From contig CBDDIJ010000003.1 of the NCBI GenBank assembly GCA_965228855.1, forward strand, positions 1,216,001-1,280,000: DNA of 64,000 nucleotides. The letters are read 5' to 3'. A program made the position numbers and the translations under genes. Source of the stretch: Candidatus Obscuribacterales bacterium (GTDB lineage: Bacteria > Cyanobacteriota > Vampirovibrionia > Obscuribacterales > Obscuribacteraceae). Below are positions 49,920 through 60,214 of the stretch, in pieces (positions within the stretch are counted from its first letter, which is position 1; every line of letters begins with the position of its first letter). Below the pieces are notes generated by a model. It was not told the DNA's origin and did no database searches. It worked only from the letters and a program-made list of their open reading frames with translations.

Positions 49920-50963
49920 ATGCTTTCTGTTGCTTTCCGACTTGCCCTCGCGGTCTTATTGGCAGTGATCACCGCAGAGTTGACAGCTGCCCCTGTTTCA
50001 AGTCAAGGCATGGCCCCTATGGGCCCCTACAATCCTGACCTCGGGCTCACGGAATCTCAGAGACAAGAGTGTAATGGAATTTACCAGCGATACTACAAAT
50101 TACTTGAGCAAGGGAAGTCAGCGGAGGGTCAGTCTCTGTTGGACTCTGGTCTGAAACTATATCCGAATCGAACCATCTTCTTGCAGGCTAAGGCGGACTT
50201 TCTGAAACAGACGGGTAAGTTCGCGGAAGCTCTCGACTGCCTCAACAAGCTCATTGCAGTAGACCCTTTGAATCCAATGTGGTACTTAGAGAGGGCCTCT
50301 GTCGAAGTTAAGCTAAAAAAGTTTCTTGAAGCGGAGAAGGATATCGGCACTTCTCTGAGTTCTCCATTTATGAGCTCGACGTGTATGCACCACGCCCTTC
50401 TCGAGCAATCAGAGATCGAGCAGAAACTTGGACGCATAGTTAAGGCAAAACAATCTGCAGCTGAGGCTGAGTATCTCCAACGCCGCCTGTGGTCCGATGT
50501 CGCCGGCGGATCGGAGGTGGAGTTCGTTGCGAGGACGAAGGAGAGTGCGCGATTAATAAAACTGATTCAAACGATCGCACAGATGGGGCCTCACCAGAGT
50601 GTTTCTGGCCTCGAAGAACTCCTAAAATTCAAGACAAAAGCGTCAATTTCAGGACCGGAGCATCAAACGCACATTGGTGGTTCGACTACGGACTGGTCCA
50701 AGATCACCGTCAATTCCGCTAAGGATGGAAGTAGGTTGATCAGCGTCAAACTTCAGGTGAACCCTTTGAAAGCGGATCTTTTGTCTAACGATGTGAAAGC
50801 GATATTTGGTGCCGACATGCCTAGTAACGCTTCATCACCGCATGGTCCGAAAGAGGCTTTACTCTATAGCACCGATGAATACGATGTGTTCTTCATGAAT
50901 TTCGAGTATTCGTTAAGCGCTCTGAATACCATCGACATATGCTGGAAAAAGCATGAAGAGTAA
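49920..50963 (+). CDS. Exported TPR protein
   Basis: Signal peptide and TPR-like helices; start 49896 or 49920. Confidence 0.75.
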   Translation: MLSVAFRLALAVLLAVITAELTAAPVSSQGMAPMGPYNPDLGLTESQRQECNGIYQRYYKLLEQGKSAEGQSLLDSGLKLYPNRTIFLQAKADFLKQTGKFAEALDCLNKLIAVDPLNPMWYLERASVEVKLKKFLEAEKDIGTSLSSPFMSSTCMHHALLEQSEIEQKLGRIVKAKQSAAEAEYLQRRLWSDVAGGSEVEFVARTKESARLIKLIQTIAQMGPHQSVSGLEELLKFKTKASISGPEHQTHIGGSTTDWSKITVNSAKDGSRLISVKLQVNPLKADLLSNDVKAIFGADMPSNASSPHGPKEALLYSTDEYDVFFMNFEYSLSALNTIDICWKKHEE

Positions 50964-51084
50964 ATTCGCGAAGCTGTGCTGAAATCAGAAGATACACATT
51001 CACATCATGTAGCATGCGCCTCACAAGCTTCGACGTTGAAGAGCAGGTAGCATATTCCTCGAAATAGCTCTTCAAGCGACGGTA

Positions 51085-51810
51085 TCAATTTCTGCGAACT
51101 ACGAAGATCATTTCTTCTGACTCACGGTCGGTAAAGTCTCCGCCATGCCAATCACCAAAAATGGTGTCAACTTTCAGACCTGCCTCATGAATAAGCTGCT
51201 CGATTTTCTCTTCAGTCAGAAATCGCAACTCGCTGTTAGAAACCAGCGTTTCGTCAGGGAATTGGTATATCAAGTCGAAAGTCATTTTTGCGTTTTCGTA
51301 TGCGATAAATTTTCGCGATTCAACTACTGAGCCGGTCGGCAAATCAATTCTCATCTCGTAGTTCCAATGTTTCGACCAGTCGATCGCAGGATTGCGAGAT
51401 TCGAATACGATTTTTCCGCCGGGTTTCAAGTGCTCGCGCATCGTCGAGAATGCGGCCCTTACGTCAGCATCTTCGAGGAGCACTTGAAACGCATGTCCTG
51501 TCATTATTATCAAATCGAATCGCTTGCTCGATCGAAATGACTGTGCCGATGCTTGAATCCATTCGATAGCGCTTCCAAACGGTTTCTTTCGTGCTACTTC
51601 GAGCATTGCATTCGACGGGTCCGCGCCTGTGACATGATGTCCTCGTTCCGCGTAAGCGTTGCAGAGTAGTCCGGTTCCGCAGCCGAGATCCAGAATTACA
51701 CGCGACGACTCGCCGGCTAAGGCTAGATAGAAATCCCGATCAACGGACCAAGGGCTATCATAGTCATATAGTTCGGCGAGTCTCGCGCTCTGGTAATGTT
51801 GATCCTTTAT
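51085..51810 (-). CDS. Class I SAM-dependent methyltransferase (ATA start or start-loss)
   Basis: Frame extends 68 codons upstream of track start and includes ILDLGCGTG; begins at ATA after an in-frame TAA; GAGGA RBS. Confidence 0.85.
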   Translation of the reverse strand: MKDQHYQSARLAELYDYDSPWSVDRDFYLALAGESSRVILDLGCGTGLLCNAYAERGHHVTGADPSNAMLEVARKKPFGSAIEWIQASAQSFRSSKRFDLIIMTGHAFQVLLEDADVRAAFSTMREHLKPGGKIVFESRNPAIDWSKHWNYEMRIDLPTGSVVESRKFIAYENAKMTFDLIYQFPDETLVSNSELRFLTEEKIEQLIHEAGLKVDTIFGDWHGGDFTDRESEEMIFVVRRN

Positions 51811-51838
51811 TTAACCGTTCCTCTAGCTAGGTTGCTCG

Positions 51839-52057
51839 TTAGACTTGAGCACGATTATTATCCACGATTTCAAGGTCCGGAAGATTTCCGAATTTCAAGT
51901 CGTGACATTCTTGTGGTGTCCTCACGATCGGACCTCCTGGACCGCACTGATAGAGTGCCGCTGCTTCTTGTTGCAGATTGCGCAGCGCTCCATCCGCTTG
52001 TGAGTCGGCGTACGATTTCGTTTGGAGTTCTTGTGGTTGAGCTTCGAGTCTAGGCAT
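51839..52057 (-). CDS. Small hypothetical protein
   Basis: 72 aa, AAGG RBS, co-oriented with neighbours. Confidence 0.55.
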   Translation of the reverse strand: MPRLEAQPQELQTKSYADSQADGALRNLQQEAAALYQCGPGGPIVRTPQECHDLKFGNLPDLEIVDNNRAQV

Positions 52058-52119
52058 TGTTGTAAACCTTTTGGCGCGGGAATAGACATGGATTCGATTT
52101 CGTCTCTACCGTTTATCTA

Positions 52120-52764
52120 TTACGGTTTCGCGAAGTACTTTTCCGCTAAACCTTTGAAAGGGTTTGGGTATGTGCCGTCAAAGTGGCTCTTGATCCATTC
52201 CTGTTCTGCCTTCTTAGAATCTTCGACGCTCATCGCGCCGTCCGGAACTTTAAGTTTTTGGTCAGGTTTCGATGAGTCCATGCTGGAATCGGGATTGCCT
52301 GCTTGGTCTTTAAGCTTATGGGCGTCTTCGAATTTTTTCTTGATCCACTCTTGCTCTGCCTTTATCGAGTCTTCTTTGCTCATCGAGCCGTCTGGAACTT
52401 TGAGTTCCTGTGTATCTTTCTGTTGGGTATTTGCATCGGATTGGTGGCGACCTCCGCGCACATGGTTACTGTCGCCGGTGTTACCGAAGTGTTGCTCTAG
52501 CCAATCTTTGGATTTGACTTCAGCTTCTTTCGGACCACCATCGAGAGAGTTCACTGCGCCCGGATTTTTGCAGGTCACTTTGGAATCTTGGTTTTCGTCG
52601 CTGTTAGTAATGGTCAGTCCTGGTAGTAATTTGTCAGTCTTGCCGATTTCTGCTTTAGATGCCGAATTCAGGTTATTGATGCCACCGATGTAAGAGTTAA
52701 ATGATTCTTGATGATTTTTGGGGGCGAGTTCTTTCATAGAAACTGATTCTTGATGTTCAAACAT
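52120..52764 (-). CDS. Hydrophilic hypothetical protein with internal repeat
   Basis: GAGGA RBS; LKVPDGxMSxEDSxKAEQEWIK twice. Confidence 0.75.
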   Translation of the reverse strand: MFEHQESVSMKELAPKNHQESFNSYIGGINNLNSASKAEIGKTDKLLPGLTITNSDENQDSKVTCKNPGAVNSLDGGPKEAEVKSKDWLEQHFGNTGDSNHVRGGRHQSDANTQQKDTQELKVPDGSMSKEDSIKAEQEWIKKKFEDAHKLKDQAGNPDSSMDSSKPDQKLKVPDGAMSVEDSKKAEQEWIKSHFDGTYPNPFKGLAEKYFAKP

Positions 52765-53002
52765 CGATTTGTCCTCACGATAATAGAAGCTGGGTTTGGG
52801 TTCGCTCTCGGGAATCGCTTTGCTGTCCCGGATGAGCATGAATTTATTTCCGGCACGTGACTTTCATGTGACGCAGAATTTCGGACAGTTTTCGGCCGTG
52901 AAAACTCTATTTGAAGACCTTTATATGAACGGCGATGATAATCGGATCTGGCGTGTGACGTAACCGCCACCCGGTATCAACGATGAAATGAAATGTTCGG
53001 CA

Positions 53003-54649
53003 CTATGAAAGGATGATTGAACCCGCTCCGTGACGCTTAGCTTGCGTGAGTGTGCGGTAAGTGGATTCTATCCATTCTGATACGGTCCTCTCGTTTTTCA
53101 AACTGGCGACACCAAATGTGATACTAGCCCGGAATTGTCCGTTTTCCGACTTGAAAATAGTGTGTTCGAAATCCTGTTTCAGAAGCTGGACTATCGTCAT
53201 GAACTCATCTATAGAAAGGTTATCAGCGACCACGGCGAACTCATCGCCAGACAATCTTCCGATTTCTCCAAATTCTCGGAATGCTTTCTTCAACAATTCG
53301 CCTGCCATGGAAAGCACTTTTTCTCCGACAGAAAATGAATGTTGATCGTTGATGTTCGACAATCCATCAATATCGAGCACAACCATGATTGGATTAATCG
53401 AAGCGTTTTTCTTCATGCGAGCGGCAGCGTTTACAAATTCGGCATAAGAAAGTGCTCCGGTGAGACCGTCGCGACCTACAAGACCTTTGATAGCTCGATA
53501 TCGTTCTATGCGACCAGCGATTGTCGACACCAACAACTCCGGTGTGGCAGGCTTAATCAGATAGTCGTCTCCAAGGCGCTTTCCGCGGACCTGGTTTTGC
53601 AATTGGTTTTGAGTAGTGAGAAAAACAATCGGAGTGGTATCAAACTTGTCGTTTTGTCTGACGAATTTTGCAAGGTCAAAGCCTGTCATTTCGCCGAGCA
53701 GAAGATCGAGGAGGATTAAGTCGGGCTGCGATGCGAGCAAACCTTCCTCGAACAGTGAACAATCAGTCATGACCATTGGTTCAAAGCCGGCTGATTCAAG
53801 GAACGCATGCATCGCTGCCGCTTGAACGGGATCGTCTTCAACGACCAGGATCTTATAACGGGGCGTGCAGATGCGTTCGAAAACACGGCTGGCTTTTGCT
53901 CTTAATACTTCGGTATCCGCATTGATATTCCAAAAATCATCGCAGCCTGCTTTGATAGCGGCAATCTTCTCAGTGAAGGCTCCGTCCTCTCCTACGAGCA
54001 CGATTGGAACATCCTCGCTGTCAGGCTTTTGTCTGACCATGCGAGCGAGTTCTAACGAGGAGCCGCCCCGAAGTGTGGCATCCATAATCAATCCATCGGG
54101 CAGTCTGCGGCTAAACAGCGTATTGCGTGCGGTTGCGAAATCGATTGCGGATTCGGTTTTAAATCCAAGTTCTTTGAAGAGATTCGCAAGTCTGGGTGCG
54201 CAGTCTCCGACCAGAAAGATAGTTCTCTTAAGTGCCTCCAGCGAATGCTGTGACGGCAAAGAACCGCCTGCTGTAGCAGTATTAGATGAGCGTTGCGGCG
54301 CGGACCCCTGGTCTTCGCGATAGGCCATCAGCAAGTGATAAAGTTGATTGATCATGCGAAGCAACTGATCGACGGTCTGATTGGCGGTCGCGAAATCCTG
54401 ATCGAGCAAAGTTATAGAGAGCTCCTCTGCGGCAACTGCGCGGTCGCTGAAGTCGCCCATCTCATACAATCCGCTACTTCCTGCCAGCCGGTGCAAGAAT
54501 TGCGTCAGGTCCTTCACAGCGACTTTATTTCGGGTATCGCGTTTGATCTCGTTGAGCAATGCGCGAATCTTCTCGATACGGTCGAGTGAGATTGCGTAAA
54601 ACTGCTCGCGCGCGTTTTCTACCGTCCGTGCTATGTCGCTGTCTGTCAT
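53003..54649 (-). CDS. Hpt-REC-REC-GGDEF protein (SGDEF variant)
   Basis: LHRLAGS, two receivers, DGLTG, LDID, RLSGDEF. Confidence 0.9.
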   Translation of the reverse strand: MTDSDIARTVENAREQFYAISLDRIEKIRALLNEIKRDTRNKVAVKDLTQFLHRLAGSSGLYEMGDFSDRAVAAEELSITLLDQDFATANQTVDQLLRMINQLYHLLMAYREDQGSAPQRSSNTATAGGSLPSQHSLEALKRTIFLVGDCAPRLANLFKELGFKTESAIDFATARNTLFSRRLPDGLIMDATLRGGSSLELARMVRQKPDSEDVPIVLVGEDGAFTEKIAAIKAGCDDFWNINADTEVLRAKASRVFERICTPRYKILVVEDDPVQAAAMHAFLESAGFEPMVMTDCSLFEEGLLASQPDLILLDLLLGEMTGFDLAKFVRQNDKFDTTPIVFLTTQNQLQNQVRGKRLGDDYLIKPATPELLVSTIAGRIERYRAIKGLVGRDGLTGALSYAEFVNAAARMKKNASINPIMVVLDIDGLSNINDQHSFSVGEKVLSMAGELLKKAFREFGEIGRLSGDEFAVVADNLSIDEFMTIVQLLKQDFEHTIFKSENGQFRASITFGVASLKNERTVSEWIESTYRTLTQAKRHGAGSIILS

Positions 54650-54670
54650 CTAATTGGTCTCTACGGAAAT

Positions 54671-55027
54671 TTAGGCGCCAGTCGCCAGTTGCTTCACGGT
54701 TGCCAGAATATCGTTCATTTTTACCGGTTTTGTAAGAAAACCGTCCGCGCCTGATTCCATAACGTCGTCTTTGCGCCCTCGCATGCCGGTTAACATGACG
54801 ACCTTCGCTTTGCCATTCTTTTCTTTGTAGGTTTTGAGAACATCGAGACCTTCCATGTCCGGCAGCTGCCAATCAAGAAGGACGATAGTGAAACTCTCGG
54901 ACTCAAGCTGTTGAAGCGCCTCGACACCTGTCCCGACACTTGATACATCGTAGCTGCTCGCCGCTAAACAATCTCGCATGAGGTCTGCGAGGAAGTCATC
55001 GTCCTCAACGATCAGGATTTTTGTCAT
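54671..55027 (-). CDS. Single-domain response regulator
   Basis: MTKILIVEDD, LDWQLPD, LTKP. Confidence 0.9.
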   Translation of the reverse strand: MTKILIVEDDDFLADLMRDCLAASSYDVSSVGTGVEALQQLESESFTIVLLDWQLPDMEGLDVLKTYKEKNGKAKVVMLTGMRGRKDDVMESGADGFLTKPVKMNDILATVKQLATGA

Positions 55028-55274
55028 GGTTGATTTGGTCACAGCTTCAGTAAGCCGTTTATTCCACTGGTCAGGTCGCTCGAAACAGTCAGGTATTCCA
55101 CGGAAGCTGGGTCCGCGAGTCCAGGTTCTGCAGATGTCTGCAGCAGACCAGGTCGAACCGGGATCGGGCGAAAAAGCAAAAGATGGCAGCTTTCTTGGCA
55201 TGCCATCATATTTGGTGCTTAAGAGCACGGGCGTTTTTCGCTCGTGCCGATTCAAAATGCGAAGGCGAGAAAAA

Positions 55275-55424
55275 CTATTCCGCTTTATCGCCGCCGGCTT
55301 TACCGCCGACTTCCTTCATTTCTTGAACCTTTTTCAGTTGCTTTGCCAATCGAATAATAATGACTGGCATAATGATCACGCCTGCAACTGCGATCATGAT
55401 TCCGATTTGTCCGACATCCATCAT
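55275..55424 (-). CDS. 49-aa single-TM small protein
   Basis: TAAGGAG RBS; MMDVGQIGIMIAVAGVIIMPVIIIRLAKQLKKVQEMKEVGGKAGGDKAE. Confidence 0.7.
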   Translation of the reverse strand: MMDVGQIGIMIAVAGVIIMPVIIIRLAKQLKKVQEMKEVGGKAGGDKAE

Positions 55425-55623
55425 AAAAGCTACTCCTTACTGAGTGCCACCGTTTAACTAGTAATTCGGGAAGACTAACATATGTTTGATAGCATTCCAT
55501 TGTAATTGTGGCTTGTCAATCGCTCAGTCGGATAAATTAGGTAGGATAGACAACAGAATGCTATAAAGCGGGGCAGGGCAAAGTTGTGAGGCGCCTACCA
55601 AACTCGAAAGAGCCCATAAAATC

Positions 55624-56637
55624 ATGAATTCCCTGATTGCGACTGTTGTCACAAATTTTAAGAAATGCATCATGAACCGGAAAGTCGCATCAATTGAGCA
55701 TTTTTGTTTCGCCAGGCATTCGCTGGCGTTATCTTTTGGGATGGCTCTGGCACTTTGTGTTTCCGCCACTCAAAATGCCGCTGCCGGACCTGCCGACGGT
55801 CGATATGAGTCGAATGCGCATCCCCCGAAAGAGGGAGTGACCAGATTGCTCGCAAATGAAACCAGATTGACCGCAAATGAAACACCTTCCGGTGCCTTGA
55901 GCTCTCTGCGAAGTGACATGGCAAACGACATCACGATTTATGGCGTAGAGATGCAGGAGGCTTTCGGGCGAGACTTCTTCACGCATCTGCGCCTGCGTCC
56001 GATTGCGTATTCTGTAACCAAAGATGGTTTCACAGAAATGCTTCTGAGGCTTCCAAAATCTAGCCAATTAAGAGCTTTGCTGAATTGTTACGTGGTCCTG
56101 GATGATTCAGGCAAGATTATTCGCGCGCGTTTGCATTTGAAGCGCCGAGCGATTTCTGATCGCGTTCAAGGTGCGTTTGCGCGAGACTACGCGAAAAGCT
56201 TTGTTCAAGCAGCGGTACCCGAAAGCGAGTTAGATACCGGTGCTTCGATAGGCAACGAAATCTTTTTTCGCCAAGAAATAACCAAGCTGCAGAAGGCTGA
56301 CCTTGAATCACGCAAGGAGAAGTCCGATCCTGAAAAAACATACTTCAAGCTGGGCTCCGGAAAACTGAAGGAAGGCGATATTATCATCACTGGTGGTGCC
56401 GGAGAATTGCCTGTAATTCCCAAGAAGCCATCAGAGTTCTACCAGGTTTTCATCGGCAACGAAAAGACATCGAAGATGAACTTGGACAACGTGGTATTGC
56501 GATTTTCCAACAAAGTATTGGAAGGCGAAGATACGCTTGTTATCTCGGTTGTGAGAAAGAACGATCCTGCAGAAGAGGATTCTGAGCGCAAGGACGTTGA
56601 TTATGGAAACATGCCGCTCCATGTTCCGATGATTTGA
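55624..56637 (+). CDS. Exported hypothetical protein
   Basis: Hydrophobic segment ending AAA; start uncertain. Confidence 0.7.
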   Translation: MNSLIATVVTNFKKCIMNRKVASIEHFCFARHSLALSFGMALALCVSATQNAAAGPADGRYESNAHPPKEGVTRLLANETRLTANETPSGALSSLRSDMANDITIYGVEMQEAFGRDFFTHLRLRPIAYSVTKDGFTEMLLRLPKSSQLRALLNCYVVLDDSGKIIRARLHLKRRAISDRVQGAFARDYAKSFVQAAVPESELDTGASIGNEIFFRQEITKLQKADLESRKEKSDPEKTYFKLGSGKLKEGDIIITGGAGELPVIPKKPSEFYQVFIGNEKTSKMNLDNVVLRFSNKVLEGEDTLVISVVRKNDPAEEDSERKDVDYGNMPLHVPMI

Positions 56638-56690
56638 CCAAAACTTTTGCTGGCTGTTGTTAGACGTCTTTCCCACGGAGCGGGCGCCGG

Positions 56691-58838
56691 TTATTCGTCA
56701 GCCGGAGCTTCTTCGTCTTCCTCGTCGCCGGCTGCTTCATCTTGAGCCGCGCCATCGTTTTCCCAAACGGTCGGAGAGATCTCCTCAACTTTGGCTATAA
56801 ACCATTTTCTGTTGTCCTTCTTGATCAAGACGAAGCGCATGTATTGTGGACCTTCTTTGATCCAGAACTTGGTGCGAACGAGCACAGCTGCTTTGCCCTG
56901 GTCTTTGTCGTAGGACTCGACCTTGATGTAGTTTCTCTTGACCAGACTGCTGTTCGGAACTTCATCAAAGGTGTAGTTCTTCCACGTGTCCTCGAGCTTT
57001 CTGTAGTCTTCAGCTGCATATTCCGGCATGTAGTATGACGAAAACTGCTCCGAATCAACTTTCTCGCCGGGCGCCGTCAGAGTTGCAAAATTCTGTTTGA
57101 TTAGTTCATTTATCTGGCGCAGATCTTCGCCGCCTTGCGCTTGCTCCGTCCACTCCGCTTCATCCAGAGATTTTTTGTCCAAACCGTTGTGGTAAGTAAC
57201 TTTCCACATGTCGCCGATTCCCGCACCGGTCGCACTTCCGGATTTGTCATCCAGATTCGTATTGTTTGGAATTTGAATTTTCACGAGCTTGCCAGGCGTC
57301 TCATCATCTTCGCTGCTGACGTAAAGGTACATCTCACCGGGCTTCGACTTGGTAGCAGGATTGTAGTAGTAGACCATGCCTTCGACCACGGTCTGAGTCG
57401 AAAACATATTGCCGATTTTGAAATTCTGCATCACAACTACAACGCCAACCAATGCAAATGGAATGACCGCTACTGCAATCAGCGCCGGCAGTGGAATCTT
57501 TTTGAAGATTTCCATCTGTTTGATTTTGTCGAGCGGGCTGGCCGCCTTGTCTTTCACCGCGGCAGGTGGCTCTTCCGGTTTTCGCCGTTGCTGAGTTCTA
57601 GTAGTTCGCAAAGATTCTTTAGGCGAATCTTCTCTCGTCGGTCTGGGTGCCTGCTGCACGGTTGGGTCCGGCGCCATTTGCGCGCCGGTCGCTCTTTGAT
57701 TTTTTGATTCGTAGGGCACGGTCGGCTTAGCCGCGCTCGTAGCGCCCGTTTTACTACCTGCAGGTTGCTGATATTTAGCGAGCGAACTCCTGGTCGAACG
57801 AACCCCTTTGGCTGCCGGACCTGGTCCAAACAACTTCTCTTTGTCGAGTAATTTTGAAACACCCTCCATTGCATCGCGCAATTCCTGCATGGATTGGTAG
57901 CGTTGCTCGGGTTTTTTCGCTAAGGCTTTGAGTACCACGCGTTCCAATGCTTCCGGAATATCCAGATCCGGACGCGATTCGCGGAAAGGTTTAGGCGGCG
58001 TCGACATGTGCATCTGCATGGTGTCGATGATGGAATTGCCCATCAAAGGCGGTTGTCCGGTCAAGGACTCATACATCATCGCGCCCATTGAATAAATGTC
58101 TGACCGTGCATCGAGCGACTGGGCCATGCACTGCTCCGGCGACATGTAAATCGGACTGCCGAAGACCTCGCCTGTCTGCGTGAGGTTTTGAGATTGCTTT
58201 CCTGATGAAGGCATGAGCTTCGCGATGCCAAAGTCCACGACCTTGACGAAGTCCTTTTTGCCCTCGAAGTCAATCAACATAATGTTAGACGACTTCAAGT
58301 CTCTGTGGATAACGCCCTTCTGGTGCGCGTGTTCGAGCGCTTCGCAGGCTTGCATGAATATCGGAATCATCCGCTTTACAGGAACTTGCTTGTCGCGTCT
58401 GATAATGTCTGCCAGGGACTCCCCTTCCAGGAAGTCCATAACTAGATACGGTTGTCCGCTGGCTACAAAACCGTAGTCGTATACCGTAATTACGTTTGGG
58501 TGTTGCAAGTGCGAGGCTGCCTGCGCTTCTTGCTGAAATCGTTTTATGCTTATCTGATCAGAGACTAGCTGCGGAAGCAGCACTTTAATTGCCACAGTGC
58601 GATCCATCAGCTCATGGATGCCTTTGTAGACGGCGCTCATGCCGCCTCGGCCGACTTCCTCGACGACCTTGTAGCGATCGTTCAAAATCTGCCCGATCAG
58701 TTCATCTTTCTGAGGTGTCAGAAGCATCGTTCTGTCCTTCGGACAAACGACTAGATTTGTGTCCTGGTATTCCTCGTTACAAGCAGGACACTTTTTAACC
58801 TTCGGACCACTCGGCTGCGATTCCACAGTAGCTGTCAT
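56691..58838 (-). CDS. Transmembrane Ser/Thr kinase with N-terminal Zn-ribbon-like segment
   Basis: CPAC..CPKD; GRGGMS, HRDLKSSN, DFG, YMSPEQC; TM helix and extracellular domain. Confidence 0.95.
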   Translation of the reverse strand: MTATVESQPSGPKVKKCPACNEEYQDTNLVVCPKDRTMLLTPQKDELIGQILNDRYKVVEEVGRGGMSAVYKGIHELMDRTVAIKVLLPQLVSDQISIKRFQQEAQAASHLQHPNVITVYDYGFVASGQPYLVMDFLEGESLADIIRRDKQVPVKRMIPIFMQACEALEHAHQKGVIHRDLKSSNIMLIDFEGKKDFVKVVDFGIAKLMPSSGKQSQNLTQTGEVFGSPIYMSPEQCMAQSLDARSDIYSMGAMMYESLTGQPPLMGNSIIDTMQMHMSTPPKPFRESRPDLDIPEALERVVLKALAKKPEQRYQSMQELRDAMEGVSKLLDKEKLFGPGPAAKGVRSTRSSLAKYQQPAGSKTGATSAAKPTVPYESKNQRATGAQMAPDPTVQQAPRPTREDSPKESLRTTRTQQRRKPEEPPAAVKDKAASPLDKIKQMEIFKKIPLPALIAVAVIPFALVGVVVVMQNFKIGNMFSTQTVVEGMVYYYNPATKSKPGEMYLYVSSEDDETPGKLVKIQIPNNTNLDDKSGSATGAGIGDMWKVTYHNGLDKKSLDEAEWTEQAQGGEDLRQINELIKQNFATLTAPGEKVDSEQFSSYYMPEYAAEDYRKLEDTWKNYTFDEVPNSSLVKRNYIKVESYDKDQGKAAVLVRTKFWIKEGPQYMRFVLIKKDNRKWFIAKVEEISPTVWENDGAAQDEAAGDEEDEEAPADE

Positions 58839-59101
58839 TCCTAACTCACATTCCTGGCCATGTTAGCAAAACTGCCATAGTTTGTGCGATTTCGGCGGCC
58901 AGGCAATCGTGTAAAGCACGCTGTCTCCACGGGTTTCATTCCACGTACCTGCGATATGTAACCGGCCAAGGTCCTATAAAACATCGATTGCGGCGAACAA
59001 AACAAGGTCTGTTCGATTTCGGAGCCCAATCTCGAAACGTTGGAAAATAACACTGTTTCCCTGCACACCTGACCAATTTCCGCGAACTTACCGAAGAAAG
59101 A

Positions 59102-59620
59102 TTAAACCCGCTCTTCCGGCTTTACAGGCGGGTAGCAACTTAGAAAGACTAATGCTGCGAACATGATGTAGCAAACCAGGTGCATGAATGGATCCAGGTA
59201 GCGTGGCTCCGCCTCCAGGCAGGACTCTTGCGGATTCTCGGGGTTGTAGACCACCGTCACGGCGGTTCCCGGAATATAGCGCGTGCGAATTTGACCGGCT
59301 TCAAAACCAGGAAGACCTAGCCACTCCTGAAACGAAATCGTGTCATTGACGTAGGCTGTTCCATCGACCTTGTAGTGATAAACCACGATTGGACGCCATG
59401 CAGGGTCCCGTCCGAGTACCATATGCGAGAGTCCGGCACGTCTGGTTATGCCTGGTACTTGTTTCCACGACATCGCCTGGGAAGCCTTCATGAGTGGAGG
59501 CAGATCCAGACTGAGAAACAAAGCGATGACGACAGCAACTAGCCCGATTAGGAACGGGATTTTGACTCGTCCTTTCAAGGTCTTTTTATCGACTTTTTCG
59601 AGCGTTTCTGTGATGGTCAC
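59102..59620 (-). CDS. DUF3592-like membrane protein
   Basis: TM helix, SW..VPG, YHYKVDG, VVYNPENPQESCL, TM helix. Confidence 0.85.
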   Translation of the reverse strand: MTITETLEKVDKKTLKGRVKIPFLIGLVAVVIALFLSLDLPPLMKASQAMSWKQVPGITRRAGLSHMVLGRDPAWRPIVVYHYKVDGTAYVNDTISFQEWLGLPGFEAGQIRTRYIPGTAVTVVYNPENPQESCLEAEPRYLDPFMHLVCYIMFAALVFLSCYPPVKPEERV

Positions 59621-60214
59621 GGTGCGGACTGGGTCAGCCAGTTATAGTTTCACTCTAGTAGTGTGCGCAATTTTCGCCTTTGCTAATCCCTGTTTTACGG
59701 AAGGAAACAGAAACAGCCGGCTGTGGGCGGTGTGTGGAACTTTGGCGAAAGGACTCTCCTATCGGTCGCTGAATTATCGGACGGGTGCTCTTGCTGTGCG
59801 CACCTGTCTCCAATCTACGATTAGGGGAAACCCTGTGGCATTACTCAACCGTCGCGATTATTCTCAATGCACATTTACTACGGCGCGGAAGTTTTCTTCC
59901 CTGCCAAAATTATAGAAAACAGTATCGATTGCGAGCACCTGGTGCTTAGCGATAGCGCAGTTCTTCACTCAGGTGTGCAGGCTCGATCCCTCGAGTTTGT
60001 CCGCACCGCCGGTGGTGTCTGTGCCGTTGCTTTGACAAGGTGAGTAGATCCGTTTTGAATACTCTGACTTAAGGTAACTAACGGAACAAGCTTGCTTGTT
60101 CTCTATGTCCGGTTGTCCGTGCAATTATGCAGGGCCGACTGCTGCTGTTTTCTCTTACACGATTACTACGTCAATAACTATCCGGTTCTGACCTGGGTAG
60201 GGAGGAAATTGATC

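Noticed and set aside
52022..52693. 223-aa plus-strand ORF
   Set aside because: Antisense shadow of the repeat protein, which has the RBS and the synonymous repeat pattern.
55028..55255. 76-aa N-terminal extension of the response regulator in the ORF track
   Set aside because: The REC domain begins cleanly at ATG 55027 and the extension shows no domain features.
55840..55881. 21-nt tandem duplication (TRLLANE/TRLTANE)
   Set aside because: Two in-frame copies in a linker; not CRISPR or a mobile element.
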